From positions 10,728,001 through 10,792,000 of the forward strand of contig NC_087245.1 in the NCBI RefSeq assembly GCF_037042905.1: 64,000 nt of DNA, read 5' to 3'. Below the pieces are notes generated by a model, which saw only the letters and a list, made by a program, of their open reading frames with translations, did not search any database and was not told the DNA's origin. Positions within the stretch are counted from its first letter, which is position 1, and each line of letters begins with the position of its first letter. Below are positions 41,548 through 54,869 of the stretch, one piece after another. The translations under genes and the position numbers were made by a program. The stretch comes from Lytechinus pictus. Taxonomy: Eukaryota.

Positions 41548-44500
41548 TTATGTATGCATGGATCTCTTTTTTAATGTAAGCATTGTATTGCCTGAATATT
41601 TTTAAAGAATGATATCTCCCCAAAGCAGTGCTCTGCAAATAATTATTATGCTCCAGTCTTCCCCTTTTTACTACATTTTATTCCCCATCAGCCAAATAAA
41701 CAAACTGCTATCAATACTATTCAAAACGCCATTTAGCTTATTATACAAACGAAACAAAATAGCTTTTTAAATCCTGCTGGAGGTCATTAGGTCCAACGAT
41801 TAGCATTCCATTAAGAGATAGAATTTACAGTTAATGAATGTTGTCAAGCGAGATTCATTTCGCTTTGTTTTTCAAATCGATTATGGACTTTTCGGTGTCA
41901 TCGCTAATGATCTCGTGTTTTCGACTTTGGTCCACGTTTTGATTGAGGCAATAATTACACATACATGATGCCATATTTTACTCGAAAATTTTACTCGCAT
42001 TGCAACGTCAGACGTTTTTATGGACCACTCATCATCGCAATGACATTTTCAGCAAACACATTTAACAAAACATAACCTTGATCAGCATTGAGATTGCTAG
42101 ACTGAATGATATTCTGTCCGGTAGGTAAATTACCATCTTCACGCATTACCTTCGCCATTTCATTTGTCAATAATTGCAGGAAAATATACCATTAGATTGC
42201 CAATTACTTGTCAAAAACGTGTTGACACAAGTAAATGCTTCTCTTCAGAAAAGCACCAGTTTCTTGCAATTATGATACCTGATATGTGCATTGATTAAAT
42301 ATGCTTTCGTGAAAAAGCATTTGTTTTTAGAAAATATACCCTCGAACATTTGATAAGAAAGTATTATACATAGACTCTTTATCATGATCATTGCTGTCAA
42401 ATAAAGATACTTTAAATGCCTATAATAATATTATTGTTTATCGAAATGGACCAAGATGACCTTATGATTCACCTATTAAAAGATAATCATAAGTCCCATC
42501 GTAAAACACATCATGTAGGGATATATGGTAGGATGACGAACGAATATAAATATGGTTATGTCTATATGAAACTCACCTTCGTAAGGTCACGTGGTATGGA
42601 TATCGTTGAGTACCCGGATATCAACCGTGAGAGTGACAAGGTCTGCGGTAGATGATACCAATTACTCTGTATTTATAATCTTACATAGAAAACCAGAAGC
42701 GGGGGAGAAGAAAAAAACTACTATTCCTGTTCATATGATCGAAAGTCAAGGAGGGTCTCTAACGGAACGTGGGAATATTGCAATTAAAGTTGACATTAGA
42801 GTTGCGGGGTTATTTCCGATATCACTCTTTGATGTAGAAAGGCTTTGTTGGTGTATTCCATTTGTCGTGTTTGTGTGTTTCCATGCGAGGGCGTTTCATT
42901 ATAGTTGAGTTCGATAATGATTACGTTTATTGTCATAAGAATTCACATGGTTTTTTTTCTTTAATCTTATCTACATTTCAGGGTTGCCATGGGATATAAT
43001 GATACCCTTCTAAAATCCCAGTGTTGCTTCTACGAATGTGTCGGGTCTATTTGGTGCCTTTGTGAACAAGATCTTAGGAATCTAAAGTTTCTGCAAATAT
43101 TTATTAAAGTTGAAAATACACCAAAGCCATTATTTGCAAACAAGTATAACTTCTACGGCCAGGAATGTCAAATTAAATGTAAATGGGTAAAATGTCATGA
43201 AAGAGGTCGACATTCGATTTGAATTATGCTACTCAAGGATTTACAAAGCTTTTTTGTCTGCCTTTTCTTTCTTATAGCCCCACCCTCTCTTGACGGAAAA
43301 TCTGCAGAAAATGACAAAAACACCCTTTCAAGAAGATAAAATTTCAGAATTGGATTCAGGATCTTTGTTGAAACTTTATTTAACGAAATAAAACATTTTC
43401 ATAGCCTCAAAAGTATCAGAAGTTTAAAGACGTCTGCATCAACCCCTTTCCCTCGCACCCTCTCTTTCTAACCCCATCTTTCTCTCTCTTGCTCTCTCCA
43501 CCGTACCCTCCCTTTCACCTTTTTTTTAACTTATTATTTCAACATCTGTAATTTGAAAATTGGAAGTTAATGAAATCCCTATCAATAGTTTTTGTAAGTT
43601 TCTGACGGGTTCGGTGACCTCAAATGTATTAACCGTTCCCCATTTACAATTCAACCTTTCCAGCATTTTATATTTCTTAGATGCCTGCCTCGTCCTTCTT
43701 TTTCCTCGCTTCCTTAGTTTTTGCAGAATTCTTTAATTATTTCGTATTCTTTATCCTAGATACTGCGACCCATGGTAGTTACAATATCGGAGAAGTGTAG
43801 AAGATTGATTTGCGCAAGATTGAAACTACATCTACGCGCCTAATAAGACTCTTTGCTCGAATTACGAAAACCTCATCGTGGATTGGCTCTACTGAAGATC
43901 TACAAAGTCAAGGTTGTTTTTTTCTCAGGGCCAGGGATGTGTTCTAATTGTGACAGCTTTCTCTCCCGCAGCTACATGGAATAGCACCATCCCGAGTCCT
44001 CAAATGTTAAAAAACTCCCTGGTTGCTTACCTAGAATGCAATTATACCATAAAAAGGGTGTATAGCAATAGTTTAATACATTTTAGCTCACAATATTCTC
44101 ATTACGTTACAACTGGCAGTTGTTTTCGACTCATAATAAGAGAATCCATTAACATTTTAACTGTTTCTTAGCATTAGCAAAGGTAAAGTCCTATGCATAA
44201 ACGTTTGTCGTTGTAGAACAAGTATATATTGTTGGAATCTACTCATCCCTTAAAACCTGTCATTGAAATTTGTGAAAATCACTCGTCTGATTTCTATTTT
44301 GAGAATAACGAAACTATTCTTCTACTTCACACTGGAAAAACGCGGATTCTACTTACAGTGTCCACGGTCCGTCCCCGCCTTGATACTTCTCTCTCACCTG
44401 GTCTCTATGAGGCGCCGAATGTACCAATATTATATAGAACAATTATTTGTTATATAATCATTATTTATTAAATAATAACTATTATTTATATATAATTTAC

Positions 44501-44606
44501 ATTTTATTTGTAAATAACTACTATTATATAAAATATCATTTCTAATTATTTATATATAATTCCAAGTAATACTTCATTATTTGTAAATAATAATAGTTCG
44601 ACATTC

Positions 44607-44965
44607 CATTATTTATAAATAATGATTATTTGTTTTTCATTATTTATAAATAATGATTATTTGTTTTTCATTATTTATAAATAATGATTATTTGTTTTTC
44701 ATTATTTATAAATAATGATTATTTGTTTTTCATTATTTATAAATAATGATTATTTGTTTTTCATTATTTATAAATAATGATTATTTGTTTTTCATTATTT
44801 ACAAATAATGATTATTTGTTTTTCATTATTTATAAATAATGATTATTTGTTTTTCATTATTTATAAATAATGATAATTTGTTTTTCATTATTTATAAATA
44901 ATGATTATTTGTTTTTCATTATTTACAAATAATGATTATTTGTTTTTCATTATTTATAAATAATT
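44607..44965 (+). repeat. 31-bp minisatellite, left arm of foldback 1
   Basis: Unit CATTATTTATAAATAATGATTATTTGTTTTT, about 11 copies. Confidence 0.93.
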
Positions 44966-47959
44966 TGTTGAGTTTTCCATTATTTATAAATAATGATTAT
45001 TTGTTAAATAATGAAAACGTCTACTTCATTATTTATAAATAATTTTTTCGAGTGCACCATTATTCTCATTATTTATAAATAATCATTATTTAATGTTCGA
45101 GTTTTCCACTATTTATAAATAAAGATTATTTGTTAAATAATGGAATATCTACTTCATTATTTATAAATAATAATTTTGTTTCAATATCCCATTAATCATT
45201 ATTTATAAACAATTTTTACAGTTTGCCATTATATACAAATAATCATTATTTATATACAAATAACCATTATTTATTAAATAATGCCATTATTTATTAAATA
45301 ATGCCATTATTTATTAAATAATGGAAAACTCGCTATAACATGCAAATGTGGGACCGCCCATGATATGAATATTCATGATGCGATTTCCTTTTTCGTGATT
45401 TTTCTTCACAAATTTTTGTCCATTTCCTCTTCATAATGACATTTCTTGAAGCAATTTTCTAGGGATATGGTCTGATTGTAATATTCTTCATTTTCTATAT
45501 AACTTCGTCTTCGTAGAAATATTAAAAAGTGTAATTTTATACGATTTTTCCTACAGTTCACAATCCCCATAGGCGCGCGTGTACGGTAGGGACAACCGGT
45601 GAATCGACGGAGTGCTCTTCATCGAAATACTACGTTGGTTGGTCCCCGGAAGTGGCGGGCGGAATTTAGCCCGAATCCTCGATGGAAGTCGATCAAGTGC
45701 ATATGAGCTGAGAGAGTGAAATATCAGTACTTGTACAGGCCCTTGTACAGGCCCTTCTACTTTTTATAAATATTTCTTGTTGCTTTTTTTGTTAAGTTAA
45801 TTTTTCCTGGTGTAGAGATAAGTTTCAGTTCTAATAATGCACTTCAAATACATTTTGGAGTGTCTGTTTGAGGCGTTTGGGGCGATTTCACCCTGGCCCC
45901 AAAATGCTCGCAACGACAATACGGGGGCATGATGACCCCTAAATTTTTAAAAACTTATTTTTCTATTGAAAATTATCACAAAATTCACCAAAAGTGTGCA
46001 CGAAAGCCTTCGTATTTCACTTTTAAAACTCCAAAAAGTGCCCAAATGACAAGCTTGGTCGCTTCGCTGTGTCGCTTTCAACTTGAGAACGTTTACGCGT
46101 CTGCTTCCCCCCCCCCCCTCCTCCGAAAGAAATTATGTATACGGCCATGCTCTAAAGAGCCTGGCACATTGATTTATGTATACTTCATTTTCATTATTTT
46201 TATCTCATTATCATCATGGCCTTACGCATAATTTTTTCCGGGGGGGGGGTGGGGGGAGCAGGACGCGCGTAAACTTTCTCATAAAAATCTTGAAAAAGCG
46301 AAGCGACCAAGCTTGTCATTTGAGCTTGGTCGCGTCGCTGTCTCGCTTTCAAGATTTTTTTTGAGAAACTTTACGTGCGTCCTAGCTGCTCCCCCCCCCC
46401 CCCGGTAAAAATTCTGTGTAAGGCCATGATGATAATGTGATAAAAATAATGAAAATGAAAAGTACATATAAATCAATGTGCCATATGCTCTTTTGAGCAT
46501 GGCCGTTCACAGAATTTCTTTCGGGGGGTGGGGGCAGACGCGCGTAAACGTTCTCAAGTTGAAAGCGAGACAGCGAAGCGACCAAGCTTGTCATTTGGGC
46601 TTGGTCCCGTGGCTGTCTCGCTTTCAAGATTTTTTTGAGAAAGTTTACGCGCGTCATGCTCCGGCCCCGGCCCCCCTGGAAAAAATTCTGCGTAAGGCCA
46701 TGTTGATAATGAGATAAAAATAATGAAAATGAAAGTATACATAAATCAATGTGCCAGGCTCTTTAGAGCATGGCCGTATACAGAATTTCTTTCGGAGGAG
46801 GAGGGGGGGCCGGGGGGGGGGGGATATATCGAAGCAGACGCGTAAACGTTCTCAAGTTGAATGCGACACAGCGAAGCAACCAAGCTTGTCATTTGGGCAC
46901 TTTTTGGAGTTTTAAAAGTGAAATACGAAGGCTTTCGTGCACACTTTTGGTGAATTTTGAGATAATTTTCAATAGAAAAATAAGTTTTTAAAAATTTAGG
47001 GGTCATCATGCCCCCGTATTGTCGTTGCGAGCATTTTGGGGCCAGGGTGAAATCGCCCCAAACGCCTCAAACAGACACTCCAAAATGTATTTGAAGTGCA
47101 TTATTAGAACTGAAACTTATCTCTACACCAGGAAAAATTAACTTAACAAAAAAAGCAACAAGAAATATTTATAAAAAGTAGAAGGGCCTGTACAAGTACA
47201 CTGATATTTCACTCTCTCAGCTCATATGCACTTGATCGACTTCCATCGAGGATTCGGGCTAAATTCCGCCCGCCACTTCCGGGGACCAACCAACGTAGTA
47301 TTTCGATGAAGAGCACTCCGTCGATTCACCGGTTGTCCCTACCGTACACGCGCGCCTATGGGGATTGTGAACTGTAGGAAAAATCGTATAAAATTACACT
47401 TTTTTATATTTCTACGAAGACGAAGTTATATAGAAAATGAAGAATATTACAATCAGACCATATCCCTAGAAAATTGCTTCAAGAAATGTCATTATGAAGA
47501 GGAAATGGACAAAAATTTGTGAAGAAAAATCACGAAAAAGGAAATCGCATCATGAATATTCATATCATGGGCGGTCCCACATTTGCATGTTATAGCGAGT
47601 TTTCCATTATTTAATAAATAATGGCATTATTTAATAAATAATGGCATTATTTAATAAATAATGGTTATTTGTATATAAATAATGATTATTTGTATATAAT
47701 GGCAAACTGTAAAAATTGTTTATAAATAATGATTAATGGGATATTGAAACAAAATTATTATTTATAAATAATGAAGTAGATATTTCATTATTTAACAAAT
47801 AATCTTTATTTATAAATAATGGAAAACTCGAACATTAGATAATGATTATTTATAAATAATGAGAATAATGGTGCACTCGAAAAAATTATTTATAAATAAT
47901 GAAGTAGACGTTTTCATTATTTAACAAATAATCATTATTTATAAATAATGGAAAACTCA

Positions 47960-48352
47960 ACAAATTATTTATAAATAATGAAAAACAAATAATCATTATT
48001 TATAAATAATGAAAAACAAATAATCATTATTTGTAAATAATGAAAAACAAATAATCATTATTTATAAATAATGAAAAACCAATTATCATTATTTATAAAT
48101 AATGAAAAACAAATAATCATTATTTATAAATAATGAAAAACAAATAATCATTATTTGTAAATAATGAAAAACAAATAATCATTATTTATAAATAATGAAA
48201 AACAAATAATCATTATTTATAAATAATGAAAAACAAATAATCATTATTTGTAAATAATGAAAAACAAATAATCATTATTTATAAATAATGAAAAACAAAT
48301 AATCATTATTTATAAATAATGAAAAACAAATAATCATTATTTATAAATAATG
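47960..48352 (-). repeat. 31-bp minisatellite, right arm of foldback 1
   Basis: Reverse complement of the left-arm unit, about 12 copies. Confidence 0.93.
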
Positions 48353-49659
48353 GAATGTCGAACTATTATTATTTACAAATAATGAAGTATTACTTGGAAT
48401 TATATACAAATAATTAGATATGATATTTTATATAATAGTAGTTATTTACAAATAAAATGTAAATTATAAATAAATAATAGTTATTATTTAATAAATAATG
48501 ATTATATAACAAATAATTGTTCTATATAATATTGGTACATTCGGCGCCTCATAGGTCTCGCCTCAATTAGTATGAGGATAAATCGTCACACTATTCCTGG
48601 CTCGTACCCTACGGATTTTCTATTTTACTAACACTTATTCATTGCTTGGTGTCAGGCGATACGCTATGTTGTTTGAACCATTCACTAATCGAACATGTTT
48701 GCGTATGTGACGGAAATTGATTAGTTTCCCCGCAAAAGCGAGACAGATCGGTGCCAAAATTTGCAAACGTTCGGTCACGAAAGATTTGTATGCACCATGA
48801 ATTTCAAGTTACAAATCAAGTTGAACAATTCAACTTCTACAAAGTCAACGGTGAAGTTCGAACACAATAAACCACACTAGAAAGTTTGGAGGCATATCAT
48901 AGCCGGATTAATTTCGTAACGGTATTTAAGAAAAGCTTTAAACTGGGGGAGGGCGGAGCGTACACAAAAAGCAAGTATAGTATAAAAGGTTCTATTTCAC
49001 GGACAAGCAGTGTACACCCGTACACATGGTAAAGCTTTGTATAGTGAAAAAGTTAATGGTATATTAAAAAATTGTCAACATCATGGAAAACGGTGTACTT
49101 TTCAACCCTATAAACATTAAATGTTATTTTTGAATGGTCGTATACGAGCATGGTGTCTCTCTACTTCAAATTAACTTCGTTTACATTACAATAGGAAAGT
49201 GATTCATGTAGAAATACTAATAACAAGGTCTCTTCCATTCCTGTGAAGAGGCTGTGGCGTTTTAGGTTTGGTAATTGACAGAAGCAAGCACCACTTATTC
49301 GTAGAAACATGTCTTCATTCCAAAATAAATCCAAGCGTCTTGTGTTTGATGATCTCACATATTTGCGGCTACCGATACAGATCGCCCTACTTTATTTGAC
49401 AGACAACAAATTATAAACCGAAAAGTTCAATGTTCCATATATTCGTTTGATTCTTTCACGATGTTACACTAAAATGACTTGGTCAAAACGTGACATCGAA
49501 TTTTAACATATTCAAAATACATAACATTAATTGCTTGTATGCAAAAGCAAATGACTGCACTTTTGAAAATAAAGGGAGGATAGCTCAGGGCAACTTTGAA
49601 TTACGTTGTTTTCTTACCCCATTTTTCACAACACGCACACCCACACCCACACATTTAAC

Positions 49660-49660
<1 letters not shown>

Positions 49661-49715
<55 letters not shown>

Positions 49716-49770
49716 ATATATATATATGTGTGTATATATATATATATGTAAATGTGTGGGTGTGTGTATA
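49661..49770. repeat. (TA)n/(TG)n compound microsatellite
   Basis: Direct inspection. Confidence 0.95.
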
Positions 49771-50737
49771 AGATAAATTGGGATTGGGACTAATAGAGGA
49801 CTGTTCCTTTTCATTTCTAACTTCTAATTCATCCTGATGATGTAACCATATGCACATTTAAATTTTGGTGGTCATGTCTAACTAAATCGAACTGAAAGAC
49901 ACTAGTTGTGTGAATGCAGCATTAAGCATTACAGAACGTCGAAAGGACATCTATTTCTCAAAGGAATGAGATCAGATGATGCGTGATTAACGAACTGTGC
50001 TAATTGAAGCTCTGGATCACCGATGTCATAAGATTATCGGAAGGAAAATTGAAGGAGATCCTTGTAGACTTACAGCCGTAAACTAAAATGGAATATCCCC
50101 AGGTAATGGAGGCGATATATCGAGGAACAATGTGCCAATGTGCTTTGCACTTTCGGCGACCATTAGTAACCTTCTTCGTGGCTTGCAGACAATTATATCT
50201 TCGCGTCCTGATTGCATTTTGCAGTCGACGTCAGATCTGACCGGATTACAAGTTTTCTTTTTCGTCAAAACTCAACAAAGAAAATTCTGTCAATATTGAT
50301 TAATGACTTCCAGTTCATGTTCAGACATTCCCTGCATAGGATTATCATGATATTGAAATATTAAATCGACCATACTTTCTCCCGAAGTCCATGTGTCAAC
50401 TATATCTTTATAATAAAAGCAAAAGGGACGTGTTTACCCCCTAGCAACTGACTGGAGCTATAGATAGTCTTTGTGCTGCCTTGCATTAAGTGGTTATGTC
50501 TTTCCTGAAAGGTTTATATGGACACCCACGCTTTCTTTTGGTCTTCTGAAACATATAATCAACGTCGATATGATGAAATCTGGACTTTACCCGAAGGAAT
50601 ATTTGAATAGAAACATCAACAATTACGATGATGGCCGGCGTAGAGGTATTCAGCCATTGTTAAATGCACTTATCATACCGAATTTCGAAGGAATCGTCAA
50701 TGGTTGTTATCATAAGTGTTTCATCAAATACAAACAA

Positions 50738-50905
50738 TATGATAATAATGTTGATGATGATGATGATGATGATGCTGATGATGATAATGATAATGATAAT
50801 AATGTTAATAATAATCACAATAATAATAATAATAATAATTTCAAAATAAGAAAAATAAGAGCAATGATTAAAATAATAACTGAAATGATAATGATAATAA
50901 TGATT
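50738..50905. repeat. (GAT)n/(AAT)n compound microsatellite
   Basis: Direct inspection; explains the poly-D/N, poly-M and poly-I ORFs. Confidence 0.93.
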
Positions 50906-51289
50906 GTATACTAATGAATTAAATAATGATAGCATCGAAATAAATACCAAAGTTCATAACATTGGTATAATGACCAACTTTGTACATAGTGTGCAATACC
51001 TAAAATCCCTTTTTAGGACAAATGAAATTGAAGGAAGACAATGTAACCAAAATTATCTTTAGACATATTTTGAATAAAACCTGACAAGTTGATATACCTG
51101 TTCACATAATGGCCTTACTCTGAAAAGATAAGAATTATTAAACTAATTAAATCCTCCCTTGTCTACCTAATAAGATCAGTGTCATCTTAAATAAATTGGG
51201 AATACAGTTCATTTGTAATCTACTTGCCCCTGCCTTTGTTAATTTTTCTGTGTTTTAAGAACAACTGCTGGCTAAAAGAATGTTTTACG

Positions 51290-51435
51290 TTTTAAATATA
51301 TCAGTAAGTAGGTATGCATCAATATAATTTTCATGGTTTGTGTGATTGATTTTGTTTAAGTCATTGACCGATAAGTAACGTAGCCATTCTAAAGGCGTGA
51401 CACAGGGCTCCATCTTCGAACCTCTGTCCATCAAG
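51290..51435 (+). pseudogene. Highly decayed LINE RT remnant
   Basis: From 51391 translates KGVTQGSIFEPL, resembling GVPQGSILGPL. Confidence 0.35.
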
Positions 51436-52841
51436 TTGTAATTTCCCACACCCAGCTTTCATTCAGGGCGCAAGCCACAACGCCGAACTATTGGAATAAT
51501 TTTTACCTTTTAAAGATATACACTTCTTTTTTATGAACAATGAAAATGAATTGTGTAGGTATACCTTTGTCATCTAATTTGTTATAAAGTTAAGATCAAG
51601 AATGTAGGTCTAGTTTAATTACACATTTGAATTATTTTTAAGTACCAACCTGAGCAGTTTTGGGGAAAAATGTGTAATTGGCAATTTTACCCAAGTGTAG
51701 AGAGGATTGAAATGCAGCCTTTCTGCCCGTATACCGTACGCATACCGTACATGTCATGATGATGATTGTGTTTGGGGAAGAGTGATATTTGACATTGAAC
51801 TTGTTGACCTGAAATATAAGACTTGATCAATCTCTCTTGGACGCCTAATCGTGAGTTTGATCTTTGTGTCCATCTTTGCCCCTCTTCCCCGCTTGCATGC
51901 TTGCTCTCACCCGTCCATCTTTCTGTCTGCCTTTAATTGTTCTAAAAAGGACCAATCTTCAAGCCAACCTCCCTTTTTGCTGGGGCTGTTTGATTTCGAC
52001 AGGATTTCACTGCCTTCCTTAACCTGTGACAACTCATATAAGGCCATGATAGTTGTTGAAGCTGTGATTTAGGAGATGGTCATGTCTATGTGGGAATTCA
52101 ATCATCCCCATGTGGTTGCGCTATGCAAATGTGAAGGAAGAAAAAGACTCGGCGACACAGAGCAGTGGTTTTCCAATCAGGAAGTCAGTGGTTCCAACAC
52201 AATTCAATGAATTCGGACAATTTGTTTTAACAGAGATTATGAATACCGCCACTTAAATTATTGCCTGTTAAGCTGATAAACAACCACAGTTTTCTTTCTA
52301 CTAGTCAAGTCAAATATAAGACAAACCAACGGTTATTAAAATAAATAAAGGTTAAATACTATACTTTTTATTCAAAATATAAAAGTAATATCTAAGATTA
52401 TCTTTAGATTACTAGGCCCTAATCTTCATAAAACTTACAATATATGGAAATTCCTTAAGAAAATGATAATTAGTTTTCGATTAAAACGAATACTAAATCG
52501 ATTGAATTGCAATGTGCAGGATTACCACAGGAGTACGTGTATTTCGAACCTATACTTTTTATTTGCAACGGAGACATTTGATGTTGGATTATGAAATTCA
52601 TATGGATAGAAACAGAACAGTCAGAGGTATATGGAACAATAAGAGACAAGCCTCATTATACAAGATCAGAATGTATATCCATGGTATATCTGTACAATAA
52701 AGTTGCCCTGTTTTGTTTTCGTTTTTGCTTTTCCCCTGGTGTATTGTACTTTGTATGGATAAGTGTTTACTCGTATTATGCTTTTATTGTATATTTGTCA
52801 CGGTGTACTCGTCACAAGTTTTGCTGAGTTGTGACTTTTAG

Positions 52842-52998
52842 CAGGGGCCGCGGAACGGTTTTCAAATTTGGGGGGGGGGGGGGGGCTGACCATGCTAAAA
52901 ATCACAATCATATGGTATTTTTTACGTTTTTGTAAACGGTTTTGGAAAAAAGTGGGGGGGGGGGGGGCTGGTTGCTTCAGCCGCTTCCGCGGCCCCTA
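52842..52998 (+). mobile_element. ~155-bp MITE with 5-bp TSD, copy 2
   Basis: CAGGGGCCGCGGAA ... TTCCGCGGCCCCTA; TTTAG on both sides; body matches 26431-26579. Confidence 0.85.
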
Positions 52999-53650
52999 TT
53001 TAGAAATGTATCAATGGTTTTACATTTGGAAATAAATGTTGAATTGAATTGAATCATCACTGTTCCGAATGTAGAGTAAAATACAGTCCATAAACCGAAC
53101 CATCACATTTTGAGCAGTGATCTCGCAGAATAAGTTTCTCCGATTAAAATAATTGAAATAAATGAAATTACACTACCCTTTTTAAACAGTTAAGTCCGTA
53201 ACGAGAACGAGACGAAAGGGATGGTATCTTTTAATGCATGATACTGAAAAAATAGCAAATTACAACAACATACCTGTGACCAGAACTAATTCTAAACTAG
53301 AATTTTAATTCGTCTTGAGGACGAATTAGGTGATCTGTCTGTCATTCTCATGATCACGATCTAATATTTGATCATTATAACCATGGCAATGCAGATCAAT
53401 ATAATCATCATCATTAAAAACAGACTTTTATTAACAAAAGAACATATTAAATACAGCAGCTGAAAGACAAAATATTACGTTGTGTAAACGATCTTGTTGT
53501 ATTAGAGAATGCCAAATGCACTTTCGCAAGTGACTACACGAAATAGTTAAAATAATGTTGCCGAAATCCATGAATGTAGAATCAAATTTTGAGAAAAATC
53601 AGTATTTAATAGACGTTACACACAAATACATGAGCAAAAAAAAACATTGT

Positions 53651-53716
53651 CAAGTGAGTTTCGAACCAAGGACCTTTGCATTGCAAGGTAGGTGTGCTAT
53701 CCATTAGACTACACAG
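53651..53716 (-). pseudogene. Degenerate tRNA-like segment inside the Helentron-like element
   Basis: Minus strand GTGTAGTCTAATGGATAGCAC...CTTGCAAT...GGTTCGAAACTC has A- and B-box-like motifs; stems are poorly paired. Confidence 0.45.
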
Positions 53717-54692
53717 CGTCCCGTACTCTCATAGTTCAAAGAAGGAATATTATCTTAAATTGACTTATGACAGTGAAAATTTGCATTGTAATATGCCTCT
53801 ATAAATTCTAAGTTTTGAGGATGAATAATTAATATAAGTGTAAATGTTATGCAATATTTAGTAAGAGTATAAGTCCAGCTACAATATGTCGAAATCTGGG
53901 CGAAAAATGATCAAGAATTACGGAGTTATAGTCATATTTGCAAAATTATTAAAACGTCATAAAACAAAAATGTAAAATTTTAGTTCCGACGCCATTTTGA
54001 TGACGTCATGATAAAATTTAAGGTCAAATGTGACATAAAATCACATCTATAATTCATACTCTATCCGAATATAAAAGAAAATTTAGGGGTCAACGGACTA
54101 TCTTAAGAGTTATATTGAATTTTGTAAAGGCATGTTTTTGCACATATTTGGTCTATTGTGAACGCGCGCGTGCGCGCGTAATTCAAACTTTGATGGAAGC
54201 TAATTCCTTTACTACTGGTCGTAGAAGGTTGATCAAGGTATCAAATTATTAGAAATTTATTAAAAAATGCATTGACGTAAAAGAAAGTGAGATTCTACAT
54301 TGCGTAACGACGCTACGCGCGTGAACGCGCGCGAAAACGTGTGAGCGCGCAAATTCTTGAAATGCTTCAAATGACCTGATCCGTACTCTTCTTTGATCAA
54401 AAAGTGATTTTGAGCATTTTAAATTTTTGACGCGCGCGTACATGCGCGTCGTGACCTGTTCATGACCTTTGATGACATGGACAGTTGACCCATGATCTGA
54501 AGTTAATTTTATGTTGATATTGTTCATTTTTGATAATTGATGATGAAGATATTGTTGATAATGTGATTTTACAAAATGGCGCGTAGATGACGTCACGATA
54601 ACTATTTGAGGTTGAACTTGTTTCGTACACATCGCATGATAACTGTGCATAATTGATAATATTTTGATGAAAATTGATCGAGCACTTTTTCT

Positions 54693-54869
54693 AACTGGGC
54701 GTTGTGGCGTGCGCCTGTAATCCAAGCTATGCGGGGAAGTTACAAATTGATGCAGAGGTTCGAGCCCTGGTCACGTCTTTCGGATGGTGACGTTAAAGGT
54801 CGGTCCCAGACGTAAATAATCATATCTGATTGATACACGTCTGACAAAACTCAAATACACACACACACA
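54693..54869 (+). mobile_element. SINE with 7SL/SRP-RNA-like head and (CA)n tail, copy 2
   Basis: ACTGGGCGTTGTGGCGTGCGCCTGTAATCCAAGCTATGCGGGG...; only a handful of differences from copy 1; possible short TSD TTCT; nested in 53297-54991. Confidence 0.82.

Larger units (their letters stand above)
44406..48553. mobile_element. Giant foldback element 1 (4.1 kb, ~1.9-kb arms), non-autonomous, IS3EU-like termini
   Basis: TATGAGGCGCCGAATGTACC ... GGTACATTCGGCGCCTCATA; 6-bp TSD GGTCTC (44400-44405, 48554-48559); arms ~44406-46293 and ~46622-48553; mirrored ORFs 45929+ / 47009-. Confidence 0.93.

Noticed and set aside
44607..44965. Regular 31-bp repeats, and the ~24-bp repeats at 55283-55750, as a CRISPR array
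   Set aside because: Units are head-to-tail with no unique spacers, there are no cas genes, and the context is eukaryotic
50471..50950. 147-aa ORF and overlapping poly-I and poly-M ORFs
   Set aside because: Open frames are produced by GAT/AAT microsatellites
54249..54725. Longest ORF in the track (158 aa)
   Set aside because: Spans the SINE/Helentron-like junction and has no recognisable domain
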